DNA of 61,587 bases, the filler included, from Candidatus Woesearchaeota archaeon (GTDB lineage: Archaea; Nanobdellota; Nanobdellia; Woesearchaeales; BM511), in NCBI GenBank assembly GCA_023266675.1. It is 4 parts of 4 records of this genome, joined end to end, with 100 filler letters (N's around TTAATTAATTAA, not from the genome) between each part and the next. Parts side by side here need not be neighbours in the genome. Positions count along the whole stretch, not along the records: positions 15,678 to 31,073 come from JAHFPP010000032.1; 3 more parts are not named here. One strand, written 5' to 3'. The position numbers and the translations under genes were made by a program. A model generated the notes under the pieces. It made no database searches. It saw only the letters and a program-made list of their open reading frames with translations, and was not told where the DNA came from. The first letter of the stretch is position 1, and each line of letters opens with the position of its first letter. Positions 19,553 through 28,741 of this stretch are shown here, in pieces.

Positions 19553-20365
19553 CTATAAACCCTCTCTAAATAATTTGACTGCATCAATTATTAATTGAAT
19601 TTTTGCCTCTTCAGCAGGGTTCGGTTCGCACCAAATAAAAGGCATATTACCATGATTCCAACTACCTTTAACTTCCATGTCTTTGTCCTTTTCAAGACTT
19701 TGAAGTAGTCGGTCAATAGCTTTTATTTTTGTTGTGGATTCTACAACCAAAAACCTTGTGTTAAATCTCTTTTCTTTTGAAAGGTTATATTCAATGTCAT
19801 ACATACGAATCCTATAAGAATCGTCATAAAAGAACTCATTTTTTCCGTCTTTGCCTGTACGATACATTGTAGGTTGACCAATAGAATAAACCGTATTTGG
19901 TATTTGTTCAAAATTTTCCTTTAAAGGGTTTCATTTAACCCTGCTTTTGTGCATTTTATGAAATTCAAGAAAATTTCTGTCAGTCTTAATTATTTCAATA
20001 ATACTTGCATCTACAAAAGAATAATGAAGGCAACCATTATGATATGAAAATCCTGCAACTCCAATTAATTTATCCCAAAATGTTGAAATATTACCAAAGG
20101 TATTAGAACGGTCAGCGGATATAAGTTTATTATCAGATAGAATAACCGAATAAGTAGTATCATACCCTGATTTTGTGGTTACATCAATACGATAAAATTC
20201 ACATACTTTTCCTTTAACCTTAAAAGATTCATATAAGTAAAATTTATTTTTGAATTTATTGAAATAATCAAATAGCGGTTTTTTCTCTTGAAAGGCAAAG
20301 AAACGGCAAGCCACTTCATATAAGTCTTTCTCGTTAAGTTTTTGAGGTTTTGGTTCTGCTGTCAT
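19553..20365 (-). pseudogene. Single 271-codon frame interrupted by one in-frame TGA (19931-19933); alternatively two genes
   Basis: ORFs 19931..20365 and 19553..19867 share a frame, 21 sense codons lie between them, and no repeat separates them. Confidence 0.5.
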
Positions 20366-20420
20366 TTTCTTTGAGTTTGTTGGTTATATCTTTATAGGTC
20401 AAACAAAACAAAAAAAAGAA

Positions 20421-20891
20421 TTATATTAAACTCATCTCATATAACTGTTGAGGTGTTTTAGTCCCAGCGTGTTCGGTAAACAATTCAATCAGTTTCTCGT
20501 TTTGTTCTGCCGTATCCCATAAATATTGTGCGCAGCCCTCAAAGGTATTGAATATCAAAATAAATTCCAAGTTCTGTCCTTCAGTTTCGCAATAAGGCGC
20601 TTCCATTGTTTTTGCATCGTATTGCTTTGCCAATGCTTCAGCTCTCGTTTCTCCAAATATTCCATCCCAAGTGTAAAACGATTCATCTTGCATCATTGGT
20701 GCAAAGATGTTTCCAAGCCCATGCTTCAAGCCGTAAACTCTATGTTGAATTTGTCGGTTTCCAAGTTGCAGCTCGCAATAGTCCATAGATATGTTTCCTT
20801 TGCGAAGGTCGGAGAACTCCTGAATGTTTAACCACTCTAAGAATGATGCGAAGTCTTTAAATTGTTTTTTTATGTCCAGGAATTTTTTCAT
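20421..20891 (-). CDS. Hypothetical protein, array unit
   Basis: 156 aa, flanked by repeats. Confidence 0.75.
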   Translation of the reverse strand: MKKFLDIKKQFKDFASFLEWLNIQEFSDLRKGNISMDYCELQLGNRQIQHRVYGLKHGLGNIFAPMMQDESFYTWDGIFGETRAEALAKQYDAKTMEAPYCETEGQNLEFILIFNTFEGCAQYLWDTAEQNEKLIELFTEHAGTKTPQQLYEMSLI

Positions 20892-20946
20892 CTGTGTTTG
20901 TTTTGGTTATATTCTTATAGGTCAAACAAAACAAAAAAAAGAATTG

Positions 20947-21342
20947 CTATCCAAAAATAATGTTTTCATAGAACACCGTTTGCAAAATCACATCAGCCGT
21001 ATCTGCATCATCATTCTCTTCAATCATATCGTTTAAATGGTCGAGAGGTGTCTTTTGTACACGATTGTGGACATCTTCAAGTGTAATTGACTTATCCATA
21101 TCACCATCTCCTTCAATGTCCTTAAAAGAGAGTTTTTTGCCCATTCTTAAAATTTCCATAAAAACATCTTCAAAACAAACGCCTACATTTGGAGATTTTG
21201 CGTTAAGACTTTCTTTTGCTGCTTTATAATCATCAGCATCATAATCAATATCAAGACCGTAACCCATCATTTGACTTAGACCATTGCATAGTGCATTGTG
21301 GAAGTATTCTTCTGATTCTGCGGGCGTTAATTTGATTTCCAT
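20947..21342 (-). CDS. Hypothetical acidic phage-type protein
   Basis: Ends DDADTADVILQTVFYENIIFG; flanked by repeats. Confidence 0.75.
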   Translation of the reverse strand: MEIKLTPAESEEYFHNALCNGLSQMMGYGLDIDYDADDYKAAKESLNAKSPNVGVCFEDVFMEILRMGKKLSFKDIEGDGDMDKSITLEDVHNRVQKTPLDHLNDMIEENDDADTADVILQTVFYENIIFG

Positions 21343-21386
21343 GTTTGTTTTTTTATTATAGGTCAAAGAAAATAAAAAAAAGAATC

Positions 21387-21701
21387 TTATAACATTATTT
21401 TTAATTTTGCAATTAATGGTTTATATAACACATCTCCAACTGTATGTTGAATCATAGAATCCAATTCATTCGGAGATTCTTTTGCTAAAAATCTAATAGC
21501 GTCCGCATAAATAGAATCAGGTGATTCGATTGCTTTTTTAACTACATGTCTAATAGCTTGTTTGTCATTTTGGAAATTTAGCATATCTCCAAGTCTTTGT
21601 AACTCAAAGATATTATGCACAGCATCTTGTAAGCCAGTATTTACTATACTCCATCCTTCTGATTCTGCAACAACATTTATTTGATTCAGTGTATTTTTCA
21701 T
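21387..21701 (-). CDS. Hypothetical protein, array unit (leaderless class)
   Basis: ATG 5 nt after the repeat TATA. Confidence 0.7.
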   Translation of the reverse strand: MKNTLNQINVVAESEGWSIVNTGLQDAVHNIFELQRLGDMLNFQNDKQAIRHVVKKAIESPDSIYADAIRFLAKESPNELDSMIQHTVGDVLYKPLIAKLKIML

Positions 21702-21734
21702 ATTGTTATAGGTCAAGGAAAATAAAAAAAAGAA

Positions 21735-21920
21735 TTAATACTCTAACTTCTTATATTGTTTTAGCGCCTCTTCTGCTGAAATTTCACCTGATACAAAAGC
21801 GGTTTGAATAGAAAGAGCTTTTAGTACTGGCTTAACGAGATTTCTAATCATACATAGTTTGTAGCCGATTATTGCGCCAATAAGCATTGATACTGCTGAA
21901 ACCAAGATAAAGATAATCAT
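21735..21920 (-). CDS. Small membrane protein, array unit
   Basis: MIIFILVSAVSMLIGAIIGY TM segment; stop abuts a repeat. Confidence 0.65.
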   Translation of the reverse strand: MIIFILVSAVSMLIGAIIGYKLCMIRNLVKPVLKALSIQTAFVSGEISAEEALKQYKKLEY

Positions 21921-21931
21921 TTGTTTGTTTT

Positions 21932-22150
21932 TTATAATAAAATATAATATTCCCAGTCGCTCATTCTTGAAAAGGCACAATCACTTCTAAAAACTGCTTT
22001 CTGAATTTTATTTAAGTCTTCATAATTACCACCCATCAACACAGCTATTTTTTTAATAACATTAGTTGCTAATAATGTTCTGCCAGTAGAAGATGTTTTT
22101 TCATTTTCACGTACCAACTCGATTATTTGTGTTATTAGTTCGGCTTTCAT
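21932..22150 (-). CDS. Hypothetical protein, array unit (leaderless class)
   Basis: ATG 5 nt after the repeat TATA. Confidence 0.7.
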   Translation of the reverse strand: MKAELITQIIELVRENEKTSSTGRTLLATNVIKKIAVLMGGNYEDLNKIQKAVFRSDCAFSRMSDWEYYILL

Positions 22151-22186
22151 ATTCTTATAGGTCAAAGATAATAAAAAAAAGAAAAC

Positions 22187-22381
22187 TTAATTCCAGTTAT
22201 CAGGATTTGCCGAACCGCTTTTGATTATTGCAGCAATAACATCGCAGTTATCCACGATTGCATTACCACCATGTTTTGTTTTCAGCTTAAACAACTTATC
22301 TTTAAGTGTTTTAATATCAGGGAACTTTTCAATATCCTTGTATTTACTAAGTATTTTATCAATTGATTGGTTGATGGTCAT
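22187..22381 (-). CDS. Hypothetical protein preceded by the second motif rather than the main repeat
   Basis: 64 aa. Confidence 0.65.
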   Translation of the reverse strand: MTINQSIDKILSKYKDIEKFPDIKTLKDKLFKLKTKHGGNAIVDNCDVIAAIIKSGSANPDNWN

Positions 22382-22428
22382 AGGGAGAATTTTCTATAAA
22401 TATAAAATAATTTCCTTTGAATCTAAAG

Positions 22429-22773
22429 TTAATTTTTCTTAAAAAATGTCCAACCTTTATCATCCAAGTCAAGTGTATAATTACCGTTCTGAATCCACTT
22501 TGGAACGCTGTCAGGGCAAAGTTCAATAAGAGGCTTTAAGTTGCGTAAATCAACACGTTTAATAACTTCAGCACAATCGTCTTCAACTTCTTTTGCTAAT
22601 TCAAAAATACGAGTAAATTTACCTGTTTGTTTAAATTTTACCAATGTAGCGATTCCAAATTTGCCGCCATTGTTTGTGCCACATCCTAATGACCCATGAG
22701 TAGCACGTGTATTTTTATAACAGAACTCTCTTACGCAGTTTTCTTTTAGTTTATCAAATGTTATCTGTGCCAT
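22429..22773 (-). CDS. Hypothetical protein, array unit
   Basis: 114 aa; repeat upstream. Confidence 0.7.
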   Translation of the reverse strand: MAQITFDKLKENCVREFCYKNTRATHGSLGCGTNNGGKFGIATLVKFKQTGKFTRIFELAKEVEDDCAEVIKRVDLRNLKPLIELCPDSVPKWIQNGNYTLDLDDKGWTFFKKN

Positions 22774-22819
22774 TGCTTTGGGGTTTTTTATTATAGGTCA
22801 AAGAAAAGAAAAAAAAGAA

Positions 22820-23107
22820 TTAATAAAACATATCAGGAGAAAATCTCCTATAAACAATTTCATCATCTCTAACAACTTCTCCGAGCCAATGGGCAGGAAC
22901 AGGTATTGGTTCTGTTGACCAATCTTCTGTATCAATCAAATCATCAGTTTTATACCTTGTTTCGTGTAAATGTCCAAATAATACCGCATATTTCTTACCT
23001 CTAATCATTTGAGTTGGAATATCTGAATTTTCCTTCTCAAATTTAATATTTCCGCCATAGAATTCATCCTCTGCTTTTTCTCTTAAATCATCGGCTATAT
23101 CTCCCAT
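22820..23107 (-). CDS. Hypothetical acidic protein, array unit
   Basis: MGDIADD start; flanked by repeats. Confidence 0.7.
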   Translation of the reverse strand: MGDIADDLREKAEDEFYGGNIKFEKENSDIPTQMIRGKKYAVLFGHLHETRYKTDDLIDTEDWSTEPIPVPAHWLGEVVRDDEIVYRRFSPDMFY

Positions 23108-23150
23108 TGTTTTATTTTTATTATTATAGGTCAAAGAAAAGAAAAAAAAG

Positions 23151-23197
23151 AAAAACCCCCTTATATATTTCAGGCTCGATAGCCGAAGGGGGTTTTT
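23151..23197 (-). terminator. Intrinsic terminator-like hairpin
   Basis: AAAAACCCCCTT...AAGGGGGTTTTT 12-bp stem followed on the minus strand by the T-tract of the repeat. Confidence 0.7.
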
Positions 23198-23466
23198 ACT
23201 GTGTAGTCAATATGTTATCTATCTATGTTCCGTTTATGTTGTATAGCGATAGTGTTTTATAAATCTGGCGCTCTAATTGGGTGCATCCTCTTGGGCTTTT
23301 AGGTGAATAAAAATCGGGCAAAAAATAATTGTGCAATTTTTCTCGACTGCTTACGGCTCTGTGCTGCGGACTTACATTAGTTCTAAGTTTTTTTAATTAA
23401 TATTTTTTATATGTTTGAGTGTTACTCTGAGAACTTATAGGTCAAGGAAAATAAAAAAAAGAAAGA

Positions 23467-23811
23467 CTACATTTTTTCAAGTTTATATTCAGCAAAATCT
23501 GCAATTGCATCGTCCCAACATCCAATAATATAAGGAACTACTTCTCTTTTTTGATTTAATCGTGTTCTTATAATTCTTTTTTTCTGAAACTTCTTTGATA
23601 TGGGGTGCATAGTATCATTTTCTAATACATCCTCCCAATTGGTTTTTTTATGTTTTTCAACAAATTCAATAGCCCAAGATGAAATCAAATCCACAACTGC
23701 AATGTAGCCTATTTGACTTTTATTATACAATCTCTTTAGAATATGGTCAGCTATAATAGCTGCTACCATTGAACATTCTCTTGCATAATCCTTTTTATTT
23801 AAAGTTTTCAT
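23467..23811 (-). CDS. Hypothetical protein, array unit
   Basis: Flanked by repeats. Confidence 0.7.
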   Translation of the reverse strand: MKTLNKKDYARECSMVAAIIADHILKRLYNKSQIGYIAVVDLISSWAIEFVEKHKKTNWEDVLENDTMHPISKKFQKKRIIRTRLNQKREVVPYIIGCWDDAIADFAEYKLEKM

Positions 23812-23857
23812 CTTTTGTTTTTTATTATAGGTCAAGGAGAATAGAAAAAAGAAAAAG

Positions 23858-24427
23858 TTATTCAATCAAATTCATATCTTCACTAAAAAATTCAGTAGAA
23901 AAACATACATGATTTTTATTTCCTTTCATATCAGATAAACCATGAACTAATACAGTATAAACATAAAATGGTTTACGATTTTCTGTATTGTAACTAATAT
24001 GAAAAGGACAAATTGAACTTTCAAAGTTTAAATTGGCTTTAACTCCAATCACAACAACTCCTTTTACATTATCAATACATTCAACTATTGTTTTAAACCA
24101 ATCCTTTGATTCTTCGTGCCTTTTAAATACAGATGATTCACACGCTTTTTTTCCTTTAATAATTTTACTATATGTATTTAATGTTTTTTGTGTACTATCA
24201 AATTTATATACAAAATTTCTTTCAATTTCAGTTTTAAGATTTGTTATAGAGTTATTTCTCCATTCGTGCATAATTGCATCAATTACCTTGCGTCTATTAG
24301 ATTTTCCTTCATAACTCTTTTTATCCCATTTAATTGATACTTTATCTCCAATATTAAATTTTTGTCCAGTCAAATTTATTTCGACTTCTTTTGTACTATC
24401 GTGCGGATATATTGGTCTGTTTGGCAT
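23858..24427 (-). CDS. Hypothetical protein, array unit (leaderless class)
   Basis: ATG 5 nt after the repeat TATA; KFNIGDKVSI SH3-like start. Confidence 0.72.
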   Translation of the reverse strand: MPNRPIYPHDSTKEVEINLTGQKFNIGDKVSIKWDKKSYEGKSNRRKVIDAIMHEWRNNSITNLKTEIERNFVYKFDSTQKTLNTYSKIIKGKKACESSVFKRHEESKDWFKTIVECIDNVKGVVVIGVKANLNFESSICPFHISYNTENRKPFYVYTVLVHGLSDMKGNKNHVCFSTEFFSEDMNLIE

Positions 24428-24460
24428 ATTGTTATAGGTCAAGGAGAATAGAAAAAAGAA

Positions 24461-24742
24461 TTATAATGTATATTCCATACTTGAAACTTCTTTGTATGAT
24501 TCAGGCAAAGCGCCAAAAACATTAAATTCAATTCCGTATGTACCTTTGTAATGCCTGCCTGCATAATGTTTAATATCTGCATTGTCAGGTGTAATATGAG
24601 GAAAATCTTTTTTTACTTCATCAAACAATCTTTGAAAGAAACCAAAGCTGCTTCCATAGCTATTTGTACGAACAATAACTCTTTTCTCATCAATAGAGTT
24701 AGGTTCTTTGTCAAATTTAGCGAACTCTTTTATAAAATTCAT
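24461..24742 (-). CDS. Hypothetical protein, array unit
   Basis: 93 aa, flanked by repeats. Confidence 0.72.
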   Translation of the reverse strand: MNFIKEFAKFDKEPNSIDEKRVIVRTNSYGSSFGFFQRLFDEVKKDFPHITPDNADIKHYAGRHYKGTYGIEFNVFGALPESYKEVSSMEYTL

Positions 24743-24791
24743 GGCTGTTTGTTTTTTATTATAGGTCAGGGAGAACAGAAAAAAGAAAGAC

Positions 24792-25130
24792 TTATTTTAA
24801 TGTACATTCAAAGTGTTGAATTGCTTCTTTTACTGCTTCATCAACAGTATTAGATGAACCTGATGCGTGAATGTTGTACTTCCCGCTATAAGAATTACAG
24901 TCAAATTTTAATTTCGCCTTATCTACATCATCAAAACGACTAAAAACAGTATAGCAATAATTGTGTTCATTGTATAGATTAATCACTAAACGCCCAACAA
25001 TTGTTTTAAGTTCAAAGGAAGTCATAAAATCCATACGATTAACAATAGGGAGCGCACCAAGTTCTAAGATTTTTTCTATGAACTTTTTATTGAACTCTGC
25101 CGCTTTTTTCTTTGTGATTTTACCTGACAT
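24792..25130 (-). CDS. Hypothetical protein, array unit
   Basis: VFSRF...NSYSGKYNIH; flanked by repeats. Confidence 0.72.
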   Translation of the reverse strand: MSGKITKKKAAEFNKKFIEKILELGALPIVNRMDFMTSFELKTIVGRLVINLYNEHNYCYTVFSRFDDVDKAKLKFDCNSYSGKYNIHASGSSNTVDEAVKEAIQHFECTLK

Positions 25131-25175
25131 GGCTGTTTGTTTTTTATTATAGGTCAAAGAAAAGAAAAAAAAGAA

Positions 25176-25697
25176 TTACTTACAATTTGTCCTTAATGAT
25201 TCTAACAAGTCAGCATAATATTTATCTTTCAGCTCAGGGGATTTTTCCCAAAGCGCATTGCGTAACGCTTCTTGTTTTTTCCACTCAATATGTTCAATTG
25301 TTAATTTTTTTTCTAAATTTAGAGCAGCATCAAACACATTTTCAAGATTTTGTGATGAAAATGAAGTTCCAACTCCATGAGCAGTTTTATAACGATATTT
25401 TGTTTCATCCATTATATTGCCAAAATCAGCCTCTTTGTCAGATTGTTGAACATCGTGATACTTTCTATCATCTGTACCATCGTACACCTGCAATTCAATT
25501 TCGTGCCCATCATGTAGGTCTTCAGTTTCGCAGATTGTTTTTATAAGATAGATGAATCCATTATAAGAAACATCATTTTGTAATGTGAAGCCGTTTTTAA
25601 TTGCCCATTCTTTTGCTCGTGCATAGTTCGGACAATCTTTGTTTTTTTCTATTTCCCAGTTTTTAAGACGTTCTTGATAAGGGTTTTTTGTTTCCAT
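25176..25697 (-). CDS. Hypothetical protein, array unit (leaderless class)
   Basis: ATG 5 nt after the repeat TATA. Confidence 0.72.
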   Translation of the reverse strand: METKNPYQERLKNWEIEKNKDCPNYARAKEWAIKNGFTLQNDVSYNGFIYLIKTICETEDLHDGHEIELQVYDGTDDRKYHDVQQSDKEADFGNIMDETKYRYKTAHGVGTSFSSQNLENVFDAALNLEKKLTIEHIEWKKQEALRNALWEKSPELKDKYYADLLESLRTNCK

Positions 25698-25732
25698 ATT
25701 ATTATAGGTCAAAGATAACAAAAAAAAGAAAT

Positions 25733-26071
25733 TTAATGCGTAGAAATATGACTTTGAGCGCCTTCTTTATGCAAAAAACAAGCAGACGAACCTTTAACAT
25801 CAAAACAAAATAATTCTGTGGTTTCTTTAATCCTAAAACCTTTATTTGTTCTTATTACATGAAAATAAACAATCGCAATATCTTCAGGATTTGTGCTTCC
25901 CTGGATTGTTGGATTGGTTTCCCAAGCAGCTTTCATTGAAACGTACCCAAGTCGTTTGTGGATATTGTAATTCCTGCAATACTCTTTGAATTCTTTAAAA
26001 TCGCCATTGTAAACTTTTTGCAGTTTATCTTGCCAACCTCTTGCTCCTGACATACAAGTTACTTGTTTCAT
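25733..26071 (-). CDS. Hypothetical protein, array unit
   Basis: 112 aa, flanked by repeats. Confidence 0.72.
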   Translation of the reverse strand: MKQVTCMSGARGWQDKLQKVYNGDFKEFKEYCRNYNIHKRLGYVSMKAAWETNPTIQGSTNPEDIAIVYFHVIRTNKGFRIKETTELFCFDVKGSSACFLHKEGAQSHISTH

Positions 26072-26114
26072 CTGTTTGTTTTTTATTATAGGTCAAAGAA
26101 AAGAAAAAAAAGAA

Positions 26115-26306
26115 TCACTCCACATCAGCACTCAATACAACATTTTCATCTCCAAGAACATTTTTAACGTGCGCTATTCCTCCTTCAGAAGCACTTTTTA
26201 TTCTTGTCTTGCCATCGGCAATATCTTGATGGAATACAGAACCTCTAAAGTATCTATCATAATTCTTTTTAAATTCAGCAGAATCAACAATATATATTTT
26301 TGCCAT
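26115..26306 (-). CDS. Hypothetical protein with a degenerate upstream repeat
   Basis: 63 aa; TGA abuts the downstream repeat. Confidence 0.65.
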   Translation of the reverse strand: MAKIYIVDSAEFKKNYDRYFRGSVFHQDIADGKTRIKSASEGGIAHVKNVLGDENVVLSADVE

Positions 26307-26340
26307 TGTGTTTTTTTATTATAAGATTAAACAAAAATAA

Positions 26341-26619
26341 TTATGAACCTATACCAAAGGGAGAGCGTTGTGTTCCACGATTTTTAGGAAAATCAAATTC
26401 ATCAGGCAGTTTTTCAGAATGTTCTTCAAGAAACAAATCGTTGCCCCTTAAATATGCTTCCTTTGAATCTAAACTTAATCTTCTGATTTGGCTCGGTCTT
26501 TCACAGCCTCCATCGCTTAATAGAAACTCAATTCCATCATTTATGGCTTGTTTTCTTGTTTTAGAATTTAGTCCTGTATTAAGATAATCCCCTTTATCTC
26601 TGTCGAATAGTGAATACAT
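26341..26619 (-). CDS. Hypothetical protein, array unit
   Basis: 92 aa; repeat upstream. Confidence 0.7.
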   Translation of the reverse strand: MYSLFDRDKGDYLNTGLNSKTRKQAINDGIEFLLSDGGCERPSQIRRLSLDSKEAYLRGNDLFLEEHSEKLPDEFDFPKNRGTQRSPFGIGS

Positions 26620-26662
26620 ATCTGTTTGTTTTTATATTATAGGTCAAAGAAAAAGAAAAAAA

Positions 26663-26682
26663 GAAAGGGAGATTTCCCTTTC
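26663..26682 (-). terminator. Intrinsic terminator-like hairpin
   Basis: GAAAGGGA-GATT-TCCCTTTC followed by the repeat T-tract; the same 18-nt core recurs at 28725-28742. Confidence 0.7.
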
Positions 26683-27376
26683 AATCAACATCATACCCGA
26701 TGAAATTATCATCATTGATAAGCAAATAATAATAACCATTACCACAATCTTTAAATTCGAGGGAAAGATAACCAATAAATTCACCCACTTCTCTTTTTGC
26801 TGTGCTTAAACTCATGTCATAACCTGCAAAACTTACACCGCTGCAAATATGCCCCTCTGATTGATTTTTTATTGCTTCACGTAGTCTTTGTGCATAATGA
26901 GGATATTGTTTGCCTATGCGCTCAATTGATACCACTTTGCCATCAATTTTGTTTCCTGTGGTAATGTGCAAGTCATATAAACTTTTAGGACGAGGTTCAC
27001 GAGTTGAATCGTATTCATCTTTTTTTAAATCTTTTACCCAAGTTTCAAAGTCAGGCAATTTCTTACAGTCCTCAATAAAACTATTTGTAAATGTTGCCAA
27101 ACTTGCAAGTTTTTTATATTTGGCAATTTCATTATATTGTGATTTCAATTTAGCTTCTGCTGTTTTTGGCTCAGGTTTTCCTTGAAAAGTTTTAAAGTCT
27201 GAAAATAAACCTTCGCCCACAACATAACCAACACGACTTTTGCCCTTTGGAAAATAACATAAACGCTCATTGGTTGCAACGAAAAGTCTATAAAGTTGTC
27301 CTTCTTTTGTTTTGGCTGAAACAATATCTTTATTTTCAACTGCATCTTGTAGTTCGTAAATATTTTTTGGTTGCAT
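26681..27376 (-). CDS. Hypothetical phage-type protein
   Basis: 231 aa ending SLEFKDCGNGYYYLLINDDNFIGYDVD. Confidence 0.78.
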   Translation of the reverse strand: MQPKNIYELQDAVENKDIVSAKTKEGQLYRLFVATNERLCYFPKGKSRVGYVVGEGLFSDFKTFQGKPEPKTAEAKLKSQYNEIAKYKKLASLATFTNSFIEDCKKLPDFETWVKDLKKDEYDSTREPRPKSLYDLHITTGNKIDGKVVSIERIGKQYPHYAQRLREAIKNQSEGHICSGVSFAGYDMSLSTAKREVGEFIGYLSLEFKDCGNGYYYLLINDDNFIGYDVD

Positions 27377-27429
27377 GGTTCGTTTGTTTTGGTATATTAT
27401 TATAGGTCAAAGAAAACAAAAAAAAGAAT

Positions 27430-27906
27430 TTACAAACTTGAAAGTAAATTATTTACATCATTTAAAAATCCAATATGTTTTTTTAAATCATAATCAAAAA
27501 TTGTTAATGTAAAAACACTAATATTAAAATGTTCTTTATTTGATAAACAAGATAACGAATTTGTTTGTTCATCATACCCTGCCTCTTCAAATTCACTCTC
27601 AAATATCGTAGGAGGATTTATAAGAAAAAATAATTCATCATATTTCTTTTTATTTAAACTTGCGAATCTTTGTATTAATTTTTGATTAACTTCTTTTGTA
27701 ATAGCAAAGTATATATAACTTTGTTCATCTCCACGAAGAACGCCTCTTTTTGAAAATAAAGTTTGTACATTTTGATTCTTATTGATATTAATTAATATTT
27801 CTTTTAAGCCTGAATCAATTGCCCAATAATCATTTATACAAGGGAGAACATTCATATTGAAGTCTTCCATGTATTTCTTTTTAAGTTCTGCAGTTAAAAA
27901 TTTCAT
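27430..27906 (-). CDS. Hypothetical protein, array unit
   Basis: 158 aa, flanked by repeats. Confidence 0.72.
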   Translation of the reverse strand: MKFLTAELKKKYMEDFNMNVLPCINDYWAIDSGLKEILININKNQNVQTLFSKRGVLRGDEQSYIYFAITKEVNQKLIQRFASLNKKKYDELFFLINPPTIFESEFEEAGYDEQTNSLSCLSNKEHFNISVFTLTIFDYDLKKHIGFLNDVNNLLSSL

Positions 27907-28006
27907 ATCTTGATTTGTTTGGTTATATCTTTATAGGTCAGACAAAACAAAAAAAAGAAAGGGAGAGATTTGGCCCGCCCTTTCTTTTCATCTTAAAGTA
28001 AATTAT

Positions 28007-28306
28007 TTATTTTGTTACAAAGCCAATATTTTTTTTGAACTTCTCAACATCTAATACTTCAAATGGCAATAAATCATCAAAAAATTCTTTATCATTACCT
28101 GCTAAACTTTTTAGCCCAATAACTGCCCTGCTGACATGGGCACGAGCAACACGAAGACTCATTCCGTTTTTCTTAGCATACTTCTTTGCTAATACTTCAG
28201 GTTTTCGTCCTTTAACAAGATTAATTGTTACCTCTTGTTTAAATGGGGAGAGTATATCAATATACTCATCTAACATTAAAGATTTTTCGTTACCAAATCC
28301 ACACAT
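28007..28306 (-). CDS. Small basic HTH-like protein, paralog 1
   Basis: YIDILSPFKQEV...LAKKYAKKN...HVSRAVIGL resembles sigma region 4/LuxR-type HTH spacing. Confidence 0.6.
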   Translation of the reverse strand: MCGFGNEKSLMLDEYIDILSPFKQEVTINLVKGRKPEVLAKKYAKKNGMSLRVARAHVSRAVIGLKSLAGNDKEFFDDLLPFEVLDVEKFKKNIGFVTK

Positions 28307-28370
28307 ATTTTTAAGTTTTAGATTATTTATTTTATTATACGATAATTAGATAAAAAAGTTTCAAATTATA

Positions 28371-28640
28371 TCATTTTACATTTTTTGCTTTTGTCTTTGC
28401 TGCTCTTATACCTGCTCCAAGCCCCTTTACTTTGCCACCTGTAATTTCATTCAATCCATTAACTACCATAGTAACAAAAGCCTGATAAGTAGCAACTGGT
28501 TTTTTATTTTTCTTTGCCAATAACTTAGCTACATTATGCGGTTCTACTCCTGATAGAATAGTTAGACCAATTGTTTTTTTAAAGGGAGAGAGCATAGACA
28601 CATACGTTTCTGCTTTTTGTCTGTTAGATTCTTTTTTCAT
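28371..28640 (-). CDS. Small basic HTH-like protein, paralog 2
   Basis: YVSMLSPFKKTI...VAKLLAKKN...FVTMVVNGL aligns without gaps to paralog 1. Confidence 0.6.
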   Translation of the reverse strand: MKKESNRQKAETYVSMLSPFKKTIGLTILSGVEPHNVAKLLAKKNKKPVATYQAFVTMVVNGLNEITGGKVKGLGAGIRAAKTKAKNVK

Positions 28641-28741
28641 AGTTCTTTGTTAGATAATTGTTAATTTATCTAACAAAGATATAAAAAATTTTCTATAAAT
28701 ATAAAATTAACTTATAAAAACTAAAAAGGGAGATTTCCCTT

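Noticed and set aside
19931..19933. Contig-wide TGA or TAG recoding
   Set aside because: TGA (17715, 26115) and TAG (19553, 20947, 23467) end genes right at the repeats, so all three stop codons are in use
27430..27906. Tyw3-like tRNA methyltransferase call
   Set aside because: Only a faint N-terminal resemblance (ID..L..IL..IN...T..S); the SCSGR motif is absent
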